A stretch of DNA of 52,067 bases from a bacterium (GTDB taxonomy: Bacteria; Patescibacteriota; Minisyncoccia; Phycocordibacterales; UBA6065). Positions 33,623 to 41,225 of the stretch are shown one piece after another. The notes below the pieces were generated by a model. It did no database searches. It saw nothing but the letters and a program-made list of their open reading frames with translations, and was not told the origin of the DNA. The translations under genes were made by a program, and so were the position numbers. The stretch's first letter is position 1; each line of letters begins with the position of its first letter. The stretch is from positions 302,933 through 354,999 of the forward strand of contig JAUXUT010000149.1 in NCBI GenBank assembly GCA_030680695.1. Reading direction: 5' to 3'.

Positions 33623-35572
33623 ATGACCCCAAAGAAACACTCCGATCCGGCCAAGACCTTTACCGGCATCATATCCATCAATTCCAAAGGCACGGGATTC
33701 GTCGAACACGGCGAGCTCGATGAGGATGTAGAAATCGCTAATACAGACCTTGCCACTGCACTCCATGGCGACGAAGTTGTGGTTGAGCTTTTGCCTAAAA
33801 TGAACAAGAACCGTAAGACCGGCAAGGTCTTGAAGGTCAACGCGCGCGCGAAGATGAAATTCGTCGGCCGAATCGAGGAAGAAAGCAATATGCTTTTCCT
33901 CGTACCAGACGACAAACGCCTCTATCGAGATATTGTCATGTCCCCTGCCGATGCCCAGGCCAACGGACAAAGTGCCAAGCAAGGCGACAAAGCATACGTC
34001 GAAATCGTATCGTGGGACGACCCGACGAAATCGCCACGCGGAAAACTTATCGAAGTAGTCGGGCGTCATGGCGACCATAACGCAGAAATGCGCGGCATCG
34101 TATTGGAACGCGGACTTGCCTACGACTATCCTCTCCCTGTCGTACGCGAAGCCGAAGAAATCGGCAAGAACAAGACCATAAGCGCCGAAGAGCGCTCCAA
34201 GCGCCGCGATTTCAGCCTCGTTCCAACCTTCACTATTGACCCCGTGGACGCCAAAGACTTCGACGATGCAATATCGTTCAAGCCCCTGCCAGACGGCACG
34301 TATGAAATCGGCGTACACATCGCAGACGTGTCCCATTACGTGCGAGAAGGCACCGCCCTTGACCAAGAAGCCCGTAAGCGTGGCCTTTCCGTATACCTCG
34401 TTGACCGCACGATCCCGATGCTCCCAGAAGTCCTTTCAAACGACGTCTGCTCGCTCAATCCAAAAGAAGACAAATGCACATTCTCGGCGGTCTTTATGAT
34501 GAACGACAAAGGCGACGTCCTCGACCGATGGTTTGGCAAGACAATCATCAATTCGTGGCGCAGATTCACGTACGAGGAAGCCCAGGAAGTGCTCGATAAC
34601 ACGCGAGACGAATACACGAAAGAGCTCAAGAAACTTAACGAGATAGCCAAAAAACTCCGCGCCAAGAAAGAAGCAGAGGGCGCGATTGATTTCGAACAGG
34701 ACGAAGTAAAATTCCAGCTCGACGAGACAGGCAGGCCTATACGCGTTTTCAAGAAATCTCGCAAAGACATCCACAAACTCGTCGAGGAATTCATGCTCCT
34801 CGCCAACCGCGAAGTTGCCCATTTCATGTGGAAGGCTAACGAAAAAAATAAGGGCGCCTTCCTATACCGCATCCACGATACACCAGTCAAGGAAAAAATC
34901 GACGACCTCGCCATGTTTGTGCGCGCGCTCGGCTTTGACTTGCCCGTCACCAAAAAAGGCGTCGCGGTGAAAGACCTGAAGGCTCTCTTCGACCAGATAT
35001 CCGGTACAGAATCAGAACCACTCATTAAAACCGCCGCCATCCGTTCCATGGCCAAGGCCGTATACTCAACCCAAAACATCGGTCACTACGGCCTGGCGTT
35101 CGAGTACTACACTCACTTCACTTCCCCAATCCGACGATATGCAGACCTCGTCGTGCATCGCTTCCTGCAACGCGAACTGACCGAAGGCAAAATACCTTCA
35201 GGCGAGATATCGAAGTTCCAGAAAATTGCCGAGGACAATTCCGAAAAGGAAATCAAAGCGTCCGAAGCCGAACGTGCATCCATCAAATACAAGCAGGTTG
35301 AGTACATGTCCGAAAGGATCGGCCAGGAGTTCGATGGCACGATCACAGGCGTCACCGAATGGGGCATATATGTTGAAGACAAGGAAACAAAATGCGAAGG
35401 TATGGCCCGCCTCGTCACACTCAAAGGCGACTATTACATTTTCGACGCAAAGAAATATGCGATCATCGGCGAGAAGACAAAGAAAAAATATGCCCTTGGT
35501 GATACGGTCAAGTTTAAGGTTGCGGCCGCAGACCTCGAACGACGAACTCTCGACTACGAGGTACTGTCATAG
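33623..35572 (+). CDS. rnr: Ribonuclease R
   Basis: CSD domains, TIDPVDAKDFDDA, LVEEFMLLAN, YTHFTSPIRRYADL, C-terminal S1; lacks the N-terminal HTH. Confidence 0.96.
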   Translation: MTPKKHSDPAKTFTGIISINSKGTGFVEHGELDEDVEIANTDLATALHGDEVVVELLPKMNKNRKTGKVLKVNARAKMKFVGRIEEESNMLFLVPDDKRLYRDIVMSPADAQANGQSAKQGDKAYVEIVSWDDPTKSPRGKLIEVVGRHGDHNAEMRGIVLERGLAYDYPLPVVREAEEIGKNKTISAEERSKRRDFSLVPTFTIDPVDAKDFDDAISFKPLPDGTYEIGVHIADVSHYVREGTALDQEARKRGLSVYLVDRTIPMLPEVLSNDVCSLNPKEDKCTFSAVFMMNDKGDVLDRWFGKTIINSWRRFTYEEAQEVLDNTRDEYTKELKKLNEIAKKLRAKKEAEGAIDFEQDEVKFQLDETGRPIRVFKKSRKDIHKLVEEFMLLANREVAHFMWKANEKNKGAFLYRIHDTPVKEKIDDLAMFVRALGFDLPVTKKGVAVKDLKALFDQISGTESEPLIKTAAIRSMAKAVYSTQNIGHYGLAFEYYTHFTSPIRRYADLVVHRFLQRELTEGKIPSGEISKFQKIAEDNSEKEIKASEAERASIKYKQVEYMSERIGQEFDGTITGVTEWGIYVEDKETKCEGMARLVTLKGDYYIFDAKKYAIIGEKTKKKYALGDTVKFKVAAADLERRTLDYEVLS

Positions 35573-35584
35573 AAATTATGTAAG

Positions 35585-35608
35585 AAAAAGCCCGACTCGG
35601 TCGGGCTT
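35585..35608. terminator. Terminator hairpin
   Basis: A5-GCCCGAC-TCG-GTCGGGC-TT; U tract on the - strand. Confidence 0.7.
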
Positions 35609-35625
35609 GCTGGAAAATGAATCGT

Positions 35626-35841
35626 TCAACGTCTGCGCGACGCTGAACCACGATGGCCGCAAAGCGACCGCCAATCAATATCATGCCCGTAAAGGGGCGA
35701 TGAGAAATCGCGGCTTTGCGATTCAGTGAACGCTGACGCGGTGGGCGTGGTCTGGGTGCTGACTTCCGACGATACTGCCGAAGGCGACGATGTCGTCGCG
35801 ACCGGGGTGGTCGAGGTACTGTTTTGACTTGTCGAACTCAT
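35626..35841 (-). CDS. Possible Ser/Thr-rich small ORF or gene remnant
   Basis: MSSTSQNSTSTTPVATTSSPS... fills the smc-rnr gap; C-terminus looks atypical. Confidence 0.3.
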   Translation of the reverse strand: MSSTSQNSTSTTPVATTSSPSAVSSEVSTQTTPTASAFTESQSRDFSSPLYGHDIDWRSLCGHRGSASRRR

Positions 35842-35924
35842 AGTTGGTAAACCGACGGGGGTTGAGATGACGAGACGGAACTGGCTCCCTATACTTTTAC
35901 CATGCCCCAGCAATATGTAAAGCT

Positions 35925-38189
35925 TTATTTCGCCACCACCAAAGCTTCGTTGAAGGCGATTGAGAGGAGCTTGGAGAAGCCTTCCTTGCCCATGGTAACG
36001 CCGTACAAAACGCCCGCACGCGACATTGTTTCGCGATTGTGGGTGATAACAATGAGTTGAGAATGCTTGGAAAGATTCTCGACCATGTCGCCATATTTTT
36101 TCGAGTTAGCTTCGTCGAGTGCGGCGTCGGTCTCGTCTAGAATGATAAATGGCGGCGGATTGACCTGAGATATCGCGAACAAAAGCGCGATGGATGTGAG
36201 GGCTCGTTCGCCTCCCGAAAGCATCTCAAGTGATTTAACCTTCTTTCTCGGCAAATTCACCTCGATTCCGACACCGAGTTCTGTTTCCTCTTCCTCTGGC
36301 ACATTACCGTCCTCGCCGAGGCCAGTTTCGATGCCCATCTCGGCAAGTTCTTCGGCCGAAGGACCGCGTTTACGCTTCTTCTCTTCTACAACGGAAAGAG
36401 ATGCTTCACCACCACCGAACATAAGCGAGAAGAATATCTTGAACTGCTTGTTTATTTTTTCAATTCCTTCACTGAACAAAGTGTCGAGCTTGTCTTCAAG
36501 GTCTTTGATAAGAGTGTCGAGCGACTCTGCAGACTTTTCGAGGTCAAGAATCTCACGGGCGAGGAATTCGTCACGCTCCGAGGTGTCTTTGAACTCTTTC
36601 ATGACGTCACCAGCCGAAAGGCCACCATTGTCTTCAAGGCGAATCTTTATCTTTTCTATATCTTTACGCCTTGCTTCTTGCATATGACGATCTTCAGCTG
36701 GATATTCGGTGGTATCGGTCTCGTACAGATACGCGTCGCGGCCGATGAGAATAGCACCCTCTTCCAACTCACGTTTAAAATCTTCTTTTTCGAGACGGAG
36801 TTTGTCTTCTCGAACACGCAAAATACCCAGTGTGCCACGCACCTGGTTCTGGTCGGCCATAATTCGGAACATGGCCTTTTCAGCATCGCGTGAACTATCT
36901 TTCTCTTTCTCTATGTCCTTCTGGAGGGCGATGTACGCAGCTGAAAGGTCGGCAAGCGCAGCTTCCCTCTCCTTGCTCTCACCTTCCGCCTCGGTCTTCT
37001 GCAGCCGTATCTGGGCAAGCTCTTTTTCGATGTCGGCGGCGCGGCTTTCAGCACGGGCGTTTTTATTGGAATCGAGGAAACCCTTTACCATAGCGCGGAT
37101 TTTGGACACTGCACCCATAAAATCCGCTTCATCGAGAAGAACGTCTACTTTGGCGAGCAGATCTTTGACTTTGGAGTACTCGACTATGGCGGCCTCTGTT
37201 GATGCGGCGGACTTCTCGCGGACAAGCATCTTTTCGAGGGACGAAAGCTCGCCTTCCATGCGGCCGACTGATCGGACGAGTTCATCACGAGCTTCGCGGG
37301 CCTGCTTTAGTTTCGACTCGAGCTCGATAAGTTCGCCTGATTTTGCGTCCTTGTGCGTCGAGGCTTCGAGAACTTGTTTTGCGGAGGCGAGCTCTTTTTC
37401 GAGTCGATCAAGGTCGGCCTTTGGGCCCTTCGATTCAGCTTCGATGGCAGCCTCGGTGTCGGATAGATATCTTGATTCTTTTTTTAGATATTCTTTATAC
37501 AGCTTTGCCAGTTCTTCGCGCAGAGCGATTGTTTTCTCGACTTTCTCGACCTGCTTTTTAAGAAATTTGAGGTGAGGTGCGATTTCTTTGCGGAGCGATT
37601 CCACCTTTTCCATATTCTCGCGCGTTCGTTCGAGTTTTCGCTCGCTTTCCTCGCGTTTGTATTGATAGATTTTGAGACCGAGAGCGTCTTCGATCATTTC
37701 GCGGCGCTCGCGGATGTTGGCGTTCAATATTCGGTCTGCCTCGCCCTGTGAAATCATGTGGTGACCGGACGAACCGATGTGGGCGCCGGCAAGAAGCTCG
37801 ACAATATCACGCAGGCGCACAGCCGAACCATTAACAAAATATTCGGACAAAGAATCTCTGTGAATAACTCGTTCGATCGCAACTTCGTCGAAGTCTATGT
37901 TGAGGAGGCGCTTGCCACCGGCCTTTGGTGAGTTGTCAAAAACGAGTTTGACCGATGCGCGATTGCCCCGCGACATTGAATCACCGCCGTTGAATATCAA
38001 ATCCTCGGTGCGCTTGCCGCGCATCGATTTCATGGACTGTTCACCAAGTACAAATCGAAAAGCCTCGGCAACGTTGGACTTACCTGATCCATTCGGACCA
38101 ACCACGGCCGTTACAGGCGCGTTAAATTCTAGATTGCTCTTTTTGGCGAAAGACTTGAAGCCGGAAAGTTCGAGGGATTTGAGATACAT
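35925..38189 (-). CDS. smc: SMC-family ATPase, short (754 aa), no recognisable hinge
   Basis: GFKSF, VVGPNGSGKSN, ISQG (Q loop), LSGGE, ILDETDAALD, VITH; SMC-type N-terminus DLIFNG; next to rnc. Confidence 0.9.
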   Translation of the reverse strand: MYLKSLELSGFKSFAKKSNLEFNAPVTAVVGPNGSGKSNVAEAFRFVLGEQSMKSMRGKRTEDLIFNGGDSMSRGNRASVKLVFDNSPKAGGKRLLNIDFDEVAIERVIHRDSLSEYFVNGSAVRLRDIVELLAGAHIGSSGHHMISQGEADRILNANIRERREMIEDALGLKIYQYKREESERKLERTRENMEKVESLRKEIAPHLKFLKKQVEKVEKTIALREELAKLYKEYLKKESRYLSDTEAAIEAESKGPKADLDRLEKELASAKQVLEASTHKDAKSGELIELESKLKQAREARDELVRSVGRMEGELSSLEKMLVREKSAASTEAAIVEYSKVKDLLAKVDVLLDEADFMGAVSKIRAMVKGFLDSNKNARAESRAADIEKELAQIRLQKTEAEGESKEREAALADLSAAYIALQKDIEKEKDSSRDAEKAMFRIMADQNQVRGTLGILRVREDKLRLEKEDFKRELEEGAILIGRDAYLYETDTTEYPAEDRHMQEARRKDIEKIKIRLEDNGGLSAGDVMKEFKDTSERDEFLAREILDLEKSAESLDTLIKDLEDKLDTLFSEGIEKINKQFKIFFSLMFGGGEASLSVVEEKKRKRGPSAEELAEMGIETGLGEDGNVPEEEETELGVGIEVNLPRKKVKSLEMLSGGERALTSIALLFAISQVNPPPFIILDETDAALDEANSKKYGDMVENLSKHSQLIVITHNRETMSRAGVLYGVTMGKEGFSKLLSIAFNEALVVAK

Positions 38190-38237
38190 AAGGCAGAAAT
38201 GCCCTGTAAATATAACATATCCCGCAAAAACGTGGTC

Positions 38238-38936
38238 CTACACCACCCATCCCTTGGCCTCGAGCGCTCGCACGGCCGCGTTCTGCTCGGCTTCTTGCTT
38301 GGACTTGCCGTCGCCTATGGCAATTTGTTCTTTGTTTATGAAAACACCTACGGTGAACGATTTGTCGTGGTCGGGGCCGGATTCGCGGATTAATTTGTAT
38401 GCCGGAGTTACGCCAGTTTTTTCCTGGGCCTTTTCTTGAAAATTAGATTTCGCATCCACGAGATTGCCGCGGGAAATCATCTTGTCGGCGAATACAAAAA
38501 TGTGCTTTTCGATGAAAGACTTGGCGGAACCGTATCCTTGGTCAAGATAGATGGCTCCGATCACAGCCTCGAAAGTATTGGCGAGGATATACTGGCGCGC
38601 GCGTCCTGTGTCCTTGGCCTCGCCCTTCGAAAGGAGCAGATAATCGTTCATAGCAAGGTTCTGAGCCACTTCAGACAACGTGATTGAGTTCACCAAAGCC
38701 GAACGGTATGTCGTGAGCTCACCTTCTGGCTTGCCTGGATAAGTCGCGTACAAAAAGTCCGTCACAACGAGTTCAAGTACCGCGTCGCCGAGAAATTCCA
38801 AACGCTCGTTATGGGCGAGGCGCGAATTTTTATTCTCGTTTATATACGAGCGATGAGTGAAGGCCTGCTTGAGGAGCGACTTGTCCTTGAACAAAAGCCC
38901 TGCGCTCTCTTCGAATTTTGCGAAATTGATCTCCAT
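38238..38936 (-). CDS. rnc: Ribonuclease III
   Basis: NERLEFLGDAVL signature; dsRBD (AKSNFQE...GKSKQEAEQNAA). Confidence 0.98.
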   Translation of the reverse strand: MEINFAKFEESAGLLFKDKSLLKQAFTHRSYINENKNSRLAHNERLEFLGDAVLELVVTDFLYATYPGKPEGELTTYRSALVNSITLSEVAQNLAMNDYLLLSKGEAKDTGRARQYILANTFEAVIGAIYLDQGYGSAKSFIEKHIFVFADKMISRGNLVDAKSNFQEKAQEKTGVTPAYKLIRESGPDHDKSFTVGVFINKEQIAIGDGKSKQEAEQNAAVRALEAKGWVV

Positions 38937-38937
38937 C

Positions 38938-39846
38938 CTACTTCTTCGGGATAAGCTTCACCGCCTTGGTCATGAGCGGAATCATGTCGTCATAAAAATT
39001 GAGGCCCTCGAGCTCTTCAAGCTTGAACCACGCTGCTTTGTCCAGGCCTCCGGACTGTTTAAGTGTGAGAGGACCGTACTCGGCCTTGGCGAGAAGATAT
39101 GTCACCTGCTTTCGCATCTTGCCTTTCTCTGGATGGGTGGCCACATATTCGTTGGCGTCTATCTGCTTGCCAATTTCAACATCAAGGCCGATTTCTTCCT
39201 TAACCTTGCGCCTGGTGCCTTCTTTCACTTCCTCGCCATCAAGGAGCGTACCTTTGGACAATGTCCATCGGCCGAAAACGTCATGGACAAGCGCGAGATA
39301 TATCTGGCCTTCATGTCGTGCGTACACGACTGCGCCACCGAGCTTTACGATTGGCATCTTCTCGAGCGGGATGTTGAACTTGTCGTCTTTTTTCTTGGAT
39401 ACGGCGTCCTTGCCTGGCTCGCCCATTTCTTTGTACACCGATCCGAGCACGCCGTTTACGAACTTGCCGGAATTCTCGCCACCGAAAGACTTGGCGAGTT
39501 CAATTGCTTCGTTGATAGCGACCTTGGCCGGGACTTCTTCGCGGTCAGCGAAAAGGAGCTCATAAAGCCCTAGGCGCAGGATATTGCGGTCGACATTGGA
39601 AATCTTGTCGAGAGGCCAGTCAGGGGCGGCCTTGACGATGATGGTGTCGAGTTCCGGGCGTTTCTTGGTTACGCCTTCGGCGAGGTCTTGCATGAAGGAA
39701 AGTTCAGCGGCGCCAGGCGAGAATTGTGCGAATTCTGCGGCGTTACGGGCAATGGCGGACTCGAGCGAGCCGTCCTTTTTATCGCGGAAATCCCACTCAA
39801 AGAGTGATTGGAGGACTACCGAACGTGCAAGGTGCCTGTTTGCCAT
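38938..39846 (-). CDS. nusB: Transcription antitermination factor NusB fused to a C-terminal Nudix domain
   Basis: RHLARSVVLQSLF, VDRNILRLG, INEAIELAK-FG, FVNGVLG; then KGTLLDGE..RRKVKEEIGL. Confidence 0.92.
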   Translation of the reverse strand: MANRHLARSVVLQSLFEWDFRDKKDGSLESAIARNAAEFAQFSPGAAELSFMQDLAEGVTKKRPELDTIIVKAAPDWPLDKISNVDRNILRLGLYELLFADREEVPAKVAINEAIELAKSFGGENSGKFVNGVLGSVYKEMGEPGKDAVSKKKDDKFNIPLEKMPIVKLGGAVVYARHEGQIYLALVHDVFGRWTLSKGTLLDGEEVKEGTRRKVKEEIGLDVEIGKQIDANEYVATHPEKGKMRKQVTYLLAKAEYGPLTLKQSGGLDKAAWFKLEELEGLNFYDDMIPLMTKAVKLIPKK

Positions 39847-39928
39847 GTAATGTGCTTAATCTCTAATTCCTGACTCTTACAATCATTATTATATCAGATT
39901 GTATGGAGCCAGACATCAAAGCTCAAGC

Positions 39929-40144
39929 TTATCGGGCGGCCTTTGCCTTCTTGGCCTTTTTCGCGGCCCTCTTCTCGACGTCGATAACGACGATGCCTTT
40001 GTACATACCCGTAAGCGCGCTTGCGCGGTGGCGGAGATGTATTGTGCCCGTCTTGCTGTCGGTCGAGAGCGCAGGGTTTTTAAGCGCGTGATGAGAGCGC
40101 CTGTTTCCCGTATGAGCCCGCGTGTGTCGCATTCGTACTACCAT
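39929..40144 (-). CDS. rpmF: 50S ribosomal protein L32 (Cys-free form)
   Basis: MVVRMRHTRAHTGNRRSHHAL...HLRHR...GMYKG; -10 TATAGT 7 nt upstream. Confidence 0.9.
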   Translation of the reverse strand: MVVRMRHTRAHTGNRRSHHALKNPALSTDSKTGTIHLRHRASALTGMYKGIVVIDVEKRAAKKAKKAKAAR

Positions 40145-40232
40145 GGCGGACACTATAGCAGATTCGGCACAAAAGGCAAGAAATGATGTTGCGAGAAGGC
40201 GGATCACTATGAACTTTTTCTAAGGGTGGCAC

Positions 40233-40262
40233 ATTTGATGAAAAATGCATCAAATATTCCAT
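40233..40262. repeat. Inverted repeat, copy 2 of the dispersed 30-bp element
   Basis: ATTTGATG-AAAAATG-CATCAAAT-ATTCCAT; 28/30 identical to 8266-8295. Confidence 0.8.
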
Positions 40263-40282
40263 AGTGCAAAAAACATACACTG

Positions 40283-40912
40283 CTACCCCCTGACAACCAC
40301 AGCGGTGCCTGTGACCTTAGACAAGAAACTGCGGCGATGTATGGGTGTCAGACCATGTTTGCGAATGGCGAGGAGGTGCGCCGCGGTTCCATACCCCTTG
40401 TGGGCGTCAAAGCCGTATTGTGGATAGACCTTGGCTTGTTCTTCCATATACCGATCGCGCATAACCTTGGCGAATATAGATGCAGCCGCGATGACCGGAA
40501 CTTTCTCGTCTCCTTTTATGATTGTTTCCTGCAAAACGAATTTTTTTGGTGCCCGAAGCGACCCGTCAAGAAATACCTGCGTTATTTGTGGGTCGAGGGC
40601 TTCGGCTGCATGTAAGGTGTCGAGACATTCGTGAATTGCGCGTTCGATAGCCCACGGCAGTCCCATACTGTCGATTTTATCGGCAGGCACCTCGACATAG
40701 GAGAAGTTCATCGTACCCACCGCCTTCATGGCGGACAATTTGTGGAACCACTCCGCGCGCTTCTGTGGCGAAAGCTTTTTTGAATCCTTGATTCCTTCGA
40801 GATGGCCATAATCAAAACCATGTGCCACGACACATGCGCAAAATGCAATCGGACCAGCCAAAGGCCCGCGCCCAACCTCGTCTATCCCTACGATATGAGT
40901 CACATTTATCAC
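40283..40912 (-). CDS. rnhB: Ribonuclease HII
   Basis: GIDEVGRGPLAGP, IKDSKKL, FLDG, KGDE, IAAASIFAKVMRD, HKGYGT, HRRSF. Confidence 0.97.
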   Translation of the reverse strand: MINVTHIVGIDEVGRGPLAGPIAFCACVVAHGFDYGHLEGIKDSKKLSPQKRAEWFHKLSAMKAVGTMNFSYVEVPADKIDSMGLPWAIERAIHECLDTLHAAEALDPQITQVFLDGSLRAPKKFVLQETIIKGDEKVPVIAAASIFAKVMRDRYMEEQAKVYPQYGFDAHKGYGTAAHLLAIRKHGLTPIHRRSFLSKVTGTAVVVRG

Positions 40913-40972
40913 AGTTGAATTATCTCATACGTACGACTGATTTAGGCCCAAATATGGCCATTTCCTCGCCTA

Positions 40973-41058
40973 TTGACTTTTACTACTAAAGGGAGTATAA
41001 TTAGGTATAAGGTTAATACTCTCCCTTTGGTCCACCCGCCACAACGGCGGGCTTTTTT
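40973..41058 (+). ncRNA. Candidate ~50-nt transcript: promoter plus terminator
   Basis: TTGACT(40973)-17-TATAAT(40996); CCCGCC-ACAAC-GGCGGG-C-T6 at 41035-41058. Confidence 0.45.
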
Positions 41059-41092
41059 ATGCCAAATATTTTGTACAAGGGATTATGAGCGG

Positions 41093-41206
41093 GCACCCCG
41101 CACGGATAGCTCCTTCGGGGACTCTCGGAGCGCGATGAGCGCGAGAGGGAGCGCCCGTTCAGCAGAACGGGACGCGTGCCCCGAGAGAGCTATCCGTGGG
41201 GAGTGC
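41093..41206. other. GC-rich Y-shaped (three-way junction) palindromic element
   Basis: 12-bp perfect arm 41101-12/41187-98, 6-bp arm 41115-20/41179-84, two inner hairpins. Confidence 0.75.
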
Positions 41207-41225
41207 TTTCCTTTATAATCTCTTT

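Noticed and set aside
38205-38240. dif-like site near smc (ATATGTTATAT)
   Set aside because: It resembles the XerD half-site only; there is no matching XerC arm at the correct spacing.
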